This document shows positions 52,050-64,000 of a stretch of 64,000 nt of DNA, one piece after another; the first letter of the stretch is position 1, and each line of letters begins with the position of its first letter. The notes beneath the pieces were generated by a model, which made no database searches, was not told the origin of the DNA, and worked only from the letters and a program-made list of their open reading frames with translations. The DNA lies in NCBI GenBank assembly GCA_011109175.1, contig RDEW01000004.1, positions 1,903,105-1,967,104 of the forward strand, given 5' to 3'. The DNA is from Dicyema japonicum. Its lineage: Eukaryota; Animalia; Dicyemida. Position numbers and translations under genes: made by a program.

Positions 52050-55000
52050 GATAGAAAAACACAGTTGACAACTAATATAAGTTCCTTTAGTCAGGCTAGC
52101 CGCTCTAGAATTAAAAACGAATTTCCTTAGGAAATCTATAAGAAATGCGCTCAATAGATCAGCTCCTTCTCTCTTATCCTTTTCCCTCCTTGTGATGAGC
52201 GATTCAATGGGGTTCAACTGGATCAGTGATCTGCTTCCAATGACTCATGATGTTTAGACGGCGACTGACTCAATAATGAACTGTCCATCAAGACATTCGC
52301 ATTTCTTTTTCTTAGCCTAATCCTGGCTGATCCTGGGTGGGTTCTGTCATTCAAAGTTGGAAGGAAAGAGGCCATTAACAAAGGCGAGAGGAGTCTCCGC
52401 TTTCCAATACGAAGAGAGTTGTCAAGTCAGGTCTTTATTGACTGAGTTATCTCAGTTTTGTTTGAGCATTCTTCTGGAATCCCAGTCATTGACCCGTCCA
52501 AACTTCCTGAGCCGCACCTGAGCCGCGTATGCTTCTAATTCAGATTTGATCCGTTAATGTGGGTAAGATCTAGCATGTGAGACTACTAGGATAGCTGGGA
52601 AAGTGAAATGAATGAAATGAAAGATCAACAACATGTTACGAATTAGGTACTAATAAGTCTGCCTGTTAAGCCTAGACTCTTCATCCCGGTACCCTTTTTC
52701 TGATAATCCATTCTATGTCTATTTACTTTGACGTCCTGATTCGGATGTCTCCTTGATCGGTTTGACAAGTTTGTTCTCTTCCTCCGTCAGGGCTTCTTGT
52801 AATTTCTTACCGAGGGCTAGTTTTATCGCCGCCCGCCGTGTTCTCTCCAGTCGGGCGAGAATCCTTTCTCTCGAAGGGGTGTAGAACCATCCCACGCTTC
52901 CGTAGATCAGTCTGAGGAGAATCACATTCCGGAAGATGAAGAGCATGGAATTGACGTCTAGCTTCAGTCTCTTAGTGCAGTACAGTGCCTGCAAAGCCTT
53001 TTTCCTTCGCCCTTCAATGTCCTCCATGTATGATCCTCTTCCATCGACTGAAATCCCCAGGTATTTCAATTACTAAACTCTCGGTATACAGAGAGTGTAG
53101 GGCTCTTCCTGATGTCTACCCGGCCTGCTTATCCTCAAATAACTGGATTTTTCCGTCGAGAGTTTCATGCCTCTCCGATCGCACCATCCCTGGACTTTGT
53201 CGATAAAAACACCTAGTCGCCGCTCTGAGAAGTATGCCTTCAAAGATGAATCCATGATTAGAATGTCGTTCGCGTAAATCATTAGCTTGGTTCTGGCGTT
53301 CTGCGGAGACGGAAAATCTTCCATAAATATGTTAAATAGCAAAGGGCTAAGAATAGATCCCTGTGGCACTTCTCTTTTAAATGATATTCCATCCGAATAA
53401 CTTCCACCAACTACCACGTGGGATATCCTCCCAGTTAGGTAGTCCTTCAGCCATAGGAACATTTCTCTGGTTATTTTAGACCGAACTAGTTGACGAAATA
53501 ACGCCTCGTGCCATACACTCGAATGCCTTTGATATGTGGAGACATATGAGGCTCAACTGCCTTTTCTTCTCCAGTGTATTTATAATTTCGTAGTTTAGTG
53601 AGTTGATACAATCTCCACATGATCTTCCCGGACGGAAACCAAATTGATTAGGTCGTAGAAAGTTGCTCCCCTCTATATACCGATTCAGTCTTTTAAAAAC
53701 AATACGTTACATAATCTTTGATGTAGAACATATGAGACTTATCGGCCTATAACTGAGGGGATCCTTGAGGATCATCTTAACAATAGATCGTTTCCATAAA
53801 GAAGGCACGTGTCCGAGCCTGAAACTCGAGTCGTACATCTCACGTAGAACAGACAATAGTTCATCAGAACCTTCTTTGAACATAATCATAGGAATCCATC
53901 AAATCCGGGTGCCTTGTTCTTGCATTCACGAATTGCTGTTCTAACTTTGAGACTTTTTCTGCCAAACTACCCAGATCTTCCATAGAGTAATCCATGAAAT
54001 TATGCAACTCATCTGAAAATTTTTCATTTATAACACTAATAGGATCGACACCCTGTATATTCTCTAGTTGACTTCTGAATACCAAAGGAACTTTTTCCAA
54101 TGGGATTGTCCTTCCATTTTGATCGGCTAGCTCAATGTTTTTCGCTTTTAAACTTTCATTCGTTAGCCTCCTGTACATTTTCTAGAAACAAGGGTTTTTC
54201 CAGTTAACCTTAGAAACTGCACTCTTCAATTTTTTTCGGCGTTTACTCTCCAAGCTTCTTGTAACATTGTTTGGATCACATCAATTCTGTATTTCAAGAT
54301 TTTCCTGTCCCATATATCAATACATCGTTTGTGCTTCGCCTTCAGAGTATTCCTCTTGCGAATAAGATCCCGTATTATAGGTGGGCAAGAATCTTTGTTC
54401 TTCAGAAAGCTCTTCGAGTAAACCTTCCTTCCATATAATTGAAGATACGTCAGCATAGTGCTGGATAATACCCTGTCGAAAACGTCCAGCTCATTTGGTG
54501 TAGAACAAGTGATAGTCTTCGATAGTAAGTTCTGAGACAAATAATGACGATAATGTACCCAGTCTATCGACGAAGTATCATAGTATAGGAAAATATTTTC
54601 TGCAATGTTTGGTTCCAAGTTTATAGATATTTCCTGCGGAATATGATCACTCCCAATGTCCCAAAGCAACGAGGGTCCGTCCACATAATCCAGGAGCTGT
54701 GGAGACACTAGAGCCAATCCCAACATGTCAGCTCCGTTGTATGAGAAATGGTTAGGTTCTTTAGACGTCAAGACCTCAACTCCAATTTCGCTAGCCAGAT
54801 CTGCAAGGAGTCGCCCGTCCCCATTATTTTTGCAGCATCCACAGCTCGTATTCTTAGCGTTGAGGTCTCCTACCAAAATCGACATCGGGTTAGTTTCGAA
54901 AAATTGGACAATTTTCGCAGAAGATAGGGCCAAGTCCTTAGAATATAGCCCTCCTACGCTTATCCATTTCCCTCCACATAGAACATCCACGGACACAAAT

Positions 55001-56075
55001 TCCGACTCATCGGCCATTACGATGCAATCATTCCGTGTTTGCAAATCATTTCGAAAAAAGATTGAAGTTCCAGTTCCAGCCATTGCTCAATCTTTCCATG
55101 GAATGCCCACCGAGTTATATCCTTCCATACTATATTTCTTTCCTTGTTTGATTTTCGTCTCGTTGACTACCAAGACATCCACCTTGGCAATCCTCACAAG
55201 TAGCGCTAGTTCATCATGCCTTTTCACCAGGGAGCGGGCATTCACCAGTACTACTTTCAATTTACTTTTCAACGGTTTGGTTGGTGGCCTGTGCTCTCCA
55301 CAGCCAGGTCCACCAGACTCCAAAAATCCACTTTCAGCATTTTGCATAAATTGTTCAGACGAGAGACAATACCATTCAGCTCCCGAGATACCGACTCGGG
55401 GATTCCTGTTTTGCTCTGTTCATGTTTACGTTTGGCGCCCAAATCCACTGATCCATCACGAATGTAAGAACTATAAGTTTTCATAATCTCTTCCGTCTGT
55501 TTGATCATCTCGCAAACTTCAGATTTTCTCTACAAATTTTTCCTTTTAGCGCTCCTCTCCATCGGCCAATCTGGAGTATGTGAAGTATTGGTCCGCTTCA
55601 TTTCTTGAATTGGCTTGATTCCTTCTTTTCTAGACACTGTTTGTCTGGAAATTATTTTCTTCGATGCATCTCTCATTGCCGGACATCCTCTATAGCGGGC
55701 ATTGTGTCCTGCACCTCCACAATTGATACATTTGGTCTTCACGTTCGATGGATATTCACACATAAGAAGATCGTGCTCCCCTCCACACTTGATGCATCTC
55801 TTCTTTTCCTTACACTGTGCTGCCGATGTGGCCGATGCGTTCACAGTTGTAGCAGATGGGAGGGGGCCTCTTCATCCACTCACACTCTATCTTGTTTGAT
55901 CCAATGTAAAATCCACAACGTATCAACGATGTGGCCTCCGCATTACTACTAACTGAGGCCTTTGCCATAGGCTGTGATCCTCTTGACATTCGGGTAACCT
56001 TCGTGACTGAGGGAGCCATCTCCTGAAGGTAGTCCAAAGAGGTCGTCCTCCTTTACCCAGAAAGGGAGGTTCCTG
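52050..56075 (-). mobile_element. near full-length decayed Jockey/I-like LINE (gag + APE endonuclease + RT)
   Basis: Gag CCHC knuckles (CYNCERIGH, CIKCGGEH, CINCGGAGH; 55530-56037). APE: VLVNARSL, VNETK, GDLNA, SDHIP (54226-55347). RT: SYRPISL, VPQGSILSPLLFNIF, YAND, KYLGI (52719-53889). Confidence 0.9.
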
Positions 56076-56077
56076 AG

Positions 56078-56830
56078 AAGAAGGAGAGGAGTCTGATAGT
56101 AATGTGGCGAAGAATGAGGAGTCTGAGGAGGTAGAGGATTCGGATGTGAGTGAGGCTGTGGATATCTCTGATAATGATAATGACTCTCCTGTCTCTGTGA
56201 TGCTTGGGAATCTTAGTTCCAGAACGAGTAATGAGGATATCAAGGATCTTCTCAAATCTGCCTCTGTTAAATACTCTAAACTGCAGAGAAAAGAAAGGAC
56301 TGCCACGTTGACTGTCCTAGCTGGGTCTCTCCAGAAAGTAATTGATTTGATCGGAACTTCATTAAGCGACAGAAAGTTGTCAGTCCTAGTCCCAGAAGGG
56401 GGACCTAAGGAGACATCTCCCCAAAATATGTCAAAAAATTCTACTAGTGAAGAAAATTGCTGCGTGTTTGTAAAGAACCTTGACTATAAAACCACAAATG
56501 AGAGTCTTCAGGAAGCATTTGAAGGATCAGTGTCTGCTAGAGTTATTTTAGAAAAGGACACTGGGAGATCAAAGAGATTTGGATATGTTGACTTTGAGAC
56601 AACAGAAGAGGCAAAATATGCTATATAGACCGTTAAAAGTGTGGATGGGAGGAATGTCTTTACTGACTTTGCATCTGCACGTGGTTCTGGTGGTCCCAGG
56701 TCTAATGACAACAGGGAAGAATTTAGAGGTGGCCGTGGTGTTTCAGAGGAGACCCTCGTGGTGATCGAGGAGGATTTAGAGGTGGTCGTGGTGGATGAGG
56801 AAGAGAATTTGGAAAGTGAGTTCACCCCAA
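56078..56830 (+). pseudogene. NCL-like: intronless nucleolin-like retrocopy (acidic tract, RRMs, RGG/GAR tail)
   Basis: E/D/S-rich start, RNP2 VFVKNL, RNP1 RFGYVDF, an in-frame TAG at 56626-56628, then GGFRGDPRGDRGGFRGGRGG after a 1-nt frameshift. No introns seen. Confidence 0.8.
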
Positions 56831-57249
56831 TTTTTTTATACCGAAGCGGTAATTTTCACTGAATACAGCCAGCAACTTGGAGAGGTTTCAAAAGGAACAA
56901 AGGATATCTTTTGCATCATCCAGTTCACGTACGTCGGTAGAGAGGGGTGGTGTCCACATCGTAGAGGAGCAAGATTAACCAGATGTCCCTTGGAAGAGAG
57001 GATTCTAGTTGGTCGATTGGAAGAGCAGTATTTTATTATTCTCTAGTCTTGATGTCTATAAGGAAACAAAATCGTATATCTGTCATGATTGGTTTAGCGT
57101 TTTCCATCGAACGAGAATTTCGTAAGAATTTACAGCATCGGCTTTTATCACCTCAATTGGTCATCCCTGGTAACAGTGGAAGAATGCACTAAATTACTAA
57201 AATTATTTGAGATCAATAGCATAGAATACTATAAGTTATAATTCTATGA

Positions 57250-57470
57250 TCCTCGATACTAGTCTTCTCACCCACTCTGAGATCTTCATCGTGCCTTATT
57301 GTTCTGTTCACTGGTCTCAGGTCACCATTTCAGGACTTTGGGAAGATCCAGACATAGTTAGTTCCTCCTCGACCAGCCATTGAGGCCACTAGCTTTGAAG
57401 GTAAGAGTAGAGGAAGAATCATTCAAACACGTATACGACATGGTAGCAAGTGAGAGGCGTCATCACCTCA
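57250..57470 (-). mobile_element. possible Penelope-like RT fragment
   Basis: LPKVLK..DLRPV resembles the YGLPKiHK..PLRPI motif. Confidence 0.4.
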
Positions 57471-57849
57471 ACCAAAAAATTTGAATTTAATATTTAATAA
57501 AAAATGAAAATTAATTATTTTCACCACATAAACGATAATAAAAATAAAGACAAAAATACATCACAAAGAGGGAAACAAAGATGAAAAAAATGATAAGACG
57601 ATAAATATTAAACCAGAAAAACAAATCAAAAAAACTGCCAAAGTTTGAAGAAATAAAATTATTGCCAAAAGTCTCCCTAAAATATGCCACATAGCTAAGT
57701 AACGTAAGAGTAAGCTATTTGATTAAACCATAGATTACACGTGCAAGTCAAATATGAAGTAAAAATAGAAAGGGTAAGTATAAATCTAGTTTGCGAAAAT
57801 CCTCCTTTTCAGAATGACTCAAACATTAAACCGAATTTAGTCAATTGGG

Positions 57850-58520
57850 GGAATTGAGACTTTTCGTTGGTGTCTGTGATGATAGTCAGTCCATAATAAG
57901 CGAAGACGATGTACAGTATCTTACAAATCATAAAGAGAGGTCGAACTGTTTGATATCGACCAAGTATCTCCCAGGTTGTTGGTAATACGAACAGCGGTTA
58001 TAGTGACAACTTCGGCGATGACAAAACGACTTGATAGTTGGTTCGAATTAGTGGTAGCAGTTATGTAGCTGAAGTTCGTCTGTGAGAAGAGCACCAAACT
58101 TTCAAAACAGAGGGAGACAACCAACGGTAGGTAAATATATCGCGAAAAAGTAAAGATCAAATCGATTAATAGTCATCAAAAGATGCCCCCACTATTATCA
58201 GAAGATGCCCCACTATTAAGTGACATATCGATAATTTATAGTTTCTTTGTTAATTTCAACTCCAGAAATAAGAGTAACCACGACTGCAACCAAAACCATA
58301 AGGGCACTGTTGATGGTTAAAACATTGACGGAAAATTTTTTTATTTGAGAACGTTTGAAATTATCAATTTCATTATTATCGGCCGAAAGATCAGTTTTTA
58401 TATAGATTTTTCTCTCGAAATTGTTGATATGAGTTGGAGGCTATTTGGACATATCTTACGAATGGACATGGATGCTCCTGCTAACATCGCAATCTTCCCA
58501 ATCTTGAAAATCCAATGTTT
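57850..58520 (-). pseudogene. possible decayed APC-family amino-acid permease
   Basis: Collinear weak motifs GALLTDEL (cf. GALCYAEL) and VFAYYGLTIITDTNEK..P (cf. FAY-G...EE...P); many stops. Confidence 0.3.
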
Positions 58521-59914
58521 ATGAAAATATTACATCAGCTTACGTCTAACAGAGTTATTTGGAACACTTTATTTTTAAAGTCATATAATTACTGCTAGCA
58601 CAAGGAAGATAACCCAGAATCTCTCATTTTCGTATGAACAACCCTGATTTCCTGTAAAATTCAAACACGTGCTTGCAAGTTAGCAAATTGAGCTAAATAT
58701 GAGGGAAAAGTACAGATAAGTCACATATCTGCATGAAGAAATATTGATGGACTTGATTCGATGTTAATGTTAACTCCAAAACCTGAATAATATAGCATAT
58801 ATACAGAATTTGCTTATCAGTAATATCTGTCCCACTAACGTCAAGTGAATTCAAATATTTTCCCGCTCTTAAATTATTTTAGAGAAACATTAAATAAGTG
58901 AGGAGTTCGTCTTAAGTCTAGTTCTCTGTAGTGTCTTCCACTTAAGCAATAGCATAATAACAGATAAGGATAATTTTCAAACACGTGTGCATTCTCATAA
59001 ATGTTGATTCAAAAATGAGAAAACTCTGGCTTTACATATATTTTAAATTTTAAAATTATTATTGGGGAGATGTAGTCGTTGATATCAGCTGTATTTCAAT
59101 TAGTTTTGTGTTCTCTTGACAATGTGATTTTTAAACTAAAATTTGTTATTAAAAAACCTTCCCAACATTGGAAGGTTATTTATTTATTATATTTATTAAT
59201 TATTAAATAAATAAATTGCTCTTTTCAAAATTTAAAAGATCCTCAAACCGTATTATCCACATTGTACACACAATTCATCGAGCCAACTATAAGTTATTGA
59301 TGTGCAGCTTTGGGGAACAAAAGTTGGCAAAACAAACATGATAAGATCAATTCCGCTCAATTCAGTACGACCAAAACAATCTCTCGGAACACAGGACTAC
59401 CAATAACGGCAATCCTATTCGAGGTCCTTGTGAGGAAATCGGGAGGCATATTCACCTAAAATGGAAAACTGCCAGAAGAACAGTACTATTGAAAACGTGT
59501 CGGTTAGCAACACCGAAAAAAGATGAGAATATTGCTGAGAAAAGCCGGGATCACGTGATGGTCTTTTTTTAATTAGTTTTTACCTGGTGATTTTTGGCTT
59601 AATAATAATGCTGAATATTGAGTACGCATGTGATGCATGGATTGCTCAGCTATCACTATCGGCATAGAGCAAGCTAGAAGTGTTGCAAAACCGGTCTTAG
59701 AATATTATTGAGATTGTCGAAAAAGACGACCGAATAGTTACTACGGAAAATACTAAACTTCCCCCAATCATGCAATACCTTACGGAACGCCACAGGGACT
59801 TCCTCAAGATGACAAAGTTTTCTGACCATCCCATCGGGGCGGACTTCAAAGTATATCTTGACGCCTGCCCGAGATACGAAAAGAAACTTTACCATTAATG
59901 GAGATTAATCCAGG

Positions 59915-60075
59915 ACTCCGGTTATGACTGGGCGTTTTTTGAGTTATATGGATTCCATGACGCCGCCCTCACTAACATGTAGGAAGTGTTTTTCGACAAG
60001 ATAGGTAATGGCGTGGGAATCGAGCCCACAGCTAATCGCAACTAGAGCGACATCACTAACCACAATCCTACCTGG
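59915..60075 (-). repeat. tRNA-derived SINE-like head followed by the family core
   Basis: 60073-60003 has an A-box-like TGTGGTTAGT, an anticodon-like stem GTCGC/GCGAT and a T-arm GTGGG-CTCGATT-CCCAC; the acceptor stem is broken. Followed by GGCGTCATGGAATCC...ACGCCCAGT. Confidence 0.5.
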
Positions 60076-62234
60076 TATTCTACTGAAGGGGTTCCAGCAC
60101 ATAGTAAGCTATTTATTTATCCACAGTCCCTTCAAGTGAATGAAATCGGTGGCCAGCATTAAAGTAACTTATAAAGTCGGACGTTCCAAGAGATGTGTGT
60201 ATATGTCGAAGAACTCGAAGGCGTAACAGGAAGAAATACTTTTGGTCTCCTAGAAGCAGAAATGGCATAGCAAGAAAACCTATTTTCCAATTCTGTTCAA
60301 ATAGTCTTGTAAATCCATATGGTGACAACAGCTAAGACTCGTCAAGTGTACACGAACTTGTAGGAAGCTGGCGGCCATTTTCAATCTTACTTTAAGTCAC
60401 GAATCTACTGGAGACATAAAATGTCAGAACCTGTGAATGAAATTGTTTATTTTGTTCCCAATAAAACCCCGATTATGGGGGACCTTCTGTTATTAGAGTA
60501 ATTTTTATTAAACTCCTCTACTTGTTTCTGTCATACGTAAGCACCCATAGTCCATTCAAGTCCTTTCTCTTACATGCCTTCCAATCATATAGAGGTTTTT
60601 GTCAGGATCATTGACAGGTTGGTCCTTGGGCGTCAAACGAATAGGGGACTCAGAGGAGATGTTTTCTATATCCATGTTAGCTGGGGGTTTCAAGTCTATT
60701 CTTAATAATGTGAGTTTCTATCAAACATACGTGATTTCAATCGAAATTTAAAGCACCCCATCCTCTCTTAGAATGTTCTGTTTAAAATTCTGGAGCTTCC
60801 TCTGCACGACAACGCTTGTTTCTAGTATTTATGTTTATTACAAGATTATTATGCACTTTGCTATCCCAGAGCAAAGCTTTCTAACCAGAAAAACTTACAA
60901 CAACGTCATCCTCCTCCACTCATGTCATGTCCAGTAGTCCACTGGGCGAATTAAATTCTCCGACACATATATAATGGGAGATTACTTTAGTTAGTTACTA
61001 GGTCTTATCAACTTGTAGGAGACCAAACGTTATTAAATAAGACGCGGCAAATACCGGTATCTCCCATTGATCAGTAACTTCCGGCGTGGTAGATGAACAT
61101 ACATGATTTGCCTTAAACTCGGAAAAGTTGGAAAAGAAAACAGGAAATATTTCACATCATCCAGCTTATATCTGTATATTGGTAGAGAGGAGTGGTATCC
61201 ACAGCGTAGACGAGCCACGTTTACCAGGATCTCCTTCGGTAGTGCAAATTTTTATTGGTTGGTTAACGGAGGGGACCGGTGTTGCTATAGTCAAATCAAT
61301 CGGCCCTTGTATAAACAAAATCATTTTATTAAGTATAGATATGGCTATTAATCGAGACATGAGGCCAGCACATTGAAAGTGTTCTTAGCTTCTTTTTTGG
61401 TTGTGTAAGTCTGGTATGAATCATCGACGACGGAGTCATGCATAGAACCTTTAAGCTGAATGGATAGCTCGAAATCATCTGGATTTTGTCAGCTAATTAA
61501 GACTTAAGACTGTTGTTCGAATAAAGTGTCAACTTTTTTGCTTCAACCAAAAAATTATTATTATTAAAAACCAAAAATCACCGACAAACCAAAAAATTGT
61601 CTTTGATAATATAAATTGTTTATTTATTTAATCATATTTAATTATTAAAAATTAATAATTAATTAATTACGAAATTTAATATTGTTCTCGTTGTCAAATA
61701 GAAGAGTTTCTCCAAATTAAGAAAGCCGACATATTAAATCGCTTATTTAATGCCATGGGGTCTAATATAACACCGAAATAAGCAACCTGTTTCCTTCACT
61801 AGACATAGAAAACTACCAACTGGTATACAACGATTTTTTGAAATCCCTTAAAGTTTGATTTGTCTAATATTAGAATTGTATATCCTACAGATTTAAGAGT
61901 TGGATGTATTCACCAAATTGGATAAGTTGGACCAACTATTTGAAGAAGCACAGAAAGATCACGTGGCTTGGCGTCCAACGTGAAAAGCAGAAGAGGACGT
62001 ATCTACCATGCTGAGAAGGCTCACATTGATAGACTGAGATCCTCCTGTCAGATGCTAGCCACATGAGATAGGAGGGATAACTCAGAATGTTGGTTTCCCA
62101 GTTTGATCAATTGAAGTCTAAATTGGTGGATAAACTAAAATCTTATGAACAGGAAGAAAAGGTTTGTATGAATACTGATTTTCTGTATGACAGATTCAAC
62201 AAGAAAATTGATATTATTGAGAATTAGTTCTATG

Positions 62235-62460
62235 GCCGCGTGGCAACATGTGGTGCTATGTGGCTAGTATTTCAAAAAATATTTACCCTCCCTTTGATGG
62301 CGTCATTGAATCCTCTTACTGAGGAGACGCCCAGTGCCTGGTTAGCATCAAGAGGATCCGGACCTGGAGTCAAGTTCTGGATCGCTGTAACGAGTCAGGA
62401 TCATAAGTTAGTTTGGTTACCCTTGGTCTATGGAATAATTTAATTTAGTGAATTATATTC
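62235..62460 (+). repeat. SINE-like family copy (head + core)
   Basis: TGTGGTGCTATGTGGCTAG head, GGCGTCATTGAATCC (62299-62313) and ACGCCCAGTGCC (62327-62338). Confidence 0.55.
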
Positions 62461-64000
62461 TATTTTACGTGTTTTTGAGAATTTTAATGATGAATGAGTG
62501 AATTACTCAGTATTAGACTTTTCCCTCCTTTATGCCCAGTCATTACTTAGTAGAGTTGACACAACCTTTAACGAAAGGCCGTTCGCCCTCACAGGATTAC
62601 TCTCAAGAGAAACCCATCCCATCGGATCATGAGCATTTCGGACACAGCGTCGTTTAAAGGCTAGCCTTTCCTGGGTTCAATGTCTTCACGTAATCACCTT
62701 AGTGCCAAATAAGACATCTATCTATCAACGGTAGTAGCTCATTTGACAAACTTCGCCATCCAACGTATGCGGTCCTTCTTGTGGAAGTGTGACCAAGTCC
62801 GATTAAGAATTTAAGATACTCAACCTGGGTATCCTATGAAGTGAAGAATCCAATTAAATCTAAACTAACTGGGAGGATAAATAATTTTGGATATCCTTGA
62901 TTATAAAAATACAGTAAAACTTCTCGAATCCGCAGAAGGAAATTTAAATGTAAAATAGTCTATTCGATTCCATATAAATTATTATTAAAATCGATTTCCA
63001 TAAAAAATTTCATTACATAGTTCCAAATGTACTTCTAAAAACGTTGTGCAGCCTTCAATGGAGTTATTTGTCCGAGGAAGTCTTCATATAGATTATCTAG
63101 ATTATTTCAATGATTAATTGGAAATCTTGGAATTAATCAATTTTCTTGATTTCCGATATATTATACCTAAAGATGTCGAGGATCTTGGTAAAAAGTACAA
63201 CTTACCCTAGAACCCGTTAAAATCAATTTTTATAAGATTTAAAAAATGTGACTTTTATACCTAAAGACGTCGAGGACTTTGTCACTTCCATTTACCCATA
63301 GAACTTATTAAAATCAATTTTTATAATATTTAAAAAGATAACTTTTTTTTATCTAAGGTATCGTTTGGTAAAATCTCGTAAAGTTCTTTGATGAACATCT
63401 AACACTTAAGAAGAATAATTGGAGGCCATTTTGAATGGACACGATTATTAGGTATCCTCTGATCCTGGTGCCTCATTTCAATATTGCGTGTCGTTTTAAC
63501 ACGGTAATCTTTGTTTTTGTGATTATTAGTGTCATCGAACACGATCTTGGCTCACTTCAGTATTAGGTGTCTCCGTAACACGATCTTGTCTTGGTTTATT
63601 CCAATATTAGGTCTCATCAGAATATTATCGTGGCTCATCTCAGTGTTTTGCTTGACTTTTGAGGTTCGTTCAATTTTTTGCTTTTGGTTGGCTGTAACTA
63701 ACCACTACCAAGCAAACTAATTAATAGTTGTTTGGTAAGGAGAGAAGGTGGGTCTGTTGTTGTATGTAGTGTTCTCCACGAGCAGACAACTCACTTAAAA
63801 ACCAATCGATGAAATGTTTAATTCTCTACAATGAGCAATATTTCTCGGAGAATGTCTCTAATTCAGCTATTCTTTCTCGTGGCTATACATTAGGATCATG
63901 AGCCTGATTCCTTAGTTGATGACCCCTAGTAAAGGCGATTACATGTATGTTGACCCTGTATAAATTAATGACCAAATGGTGGCGAAAAAAAATTATAAAA

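Noticed and set aside
60003-60073. Functional tRNA (anticodon TAG)
   Set aside because: The acceptor stem does not pair, U33 and the T-loop are mutated, and it is followed by the SINE core.
60150-60330. Arylamine N-acetyltransferase (MDLQDYLNRIG)
   Set aside because: An immediate stop follows and the RGG-C catalytic motif is absent.
63420-63490. Retropepsin/Gypsy protease (DPGAS)
   Set aside because: One degenerate motif next to a stop, with no LTR, RT or integrase nearby.

Overview
AT-rich eukaryotic (not prokaryotic) scaffold window with one 589-N gap (3498-4086). Most of it is decayed transposable elements: Buster-type hAT DNA transposons, Jockey/I-like and RTE-like LINEs, many CRE-like RLE retrotransposon fragments, Penelope-like relics and a modular SINE-like family. 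The ORF track misses the real genes because they are split by ultra-short (22-27 nt) GT-AG introns. By hand-splicing I recover an intact SSBP/SSDP (LUFS-domain) gene, a Max-like bHLH-Zip gene and a coiled-coil gene. There is also a single-exon ORF that looks like an HLH-Zip protein lacking its basic region, about 7 kb from the Max-like gene. Pseudogene fragments include Polo-like kinase, axonemal dynein heavy chain and an intronless nucleolin copy. Animal-type exon structures, ~23-nt introns and axonemal dynein point, by inference only, to a ciliated compact-intron animal such as a dicyemid mesozoan. All family assignments come from motif recognition by eye; no database searches were run. Coordinates of decayed relics are approximate.
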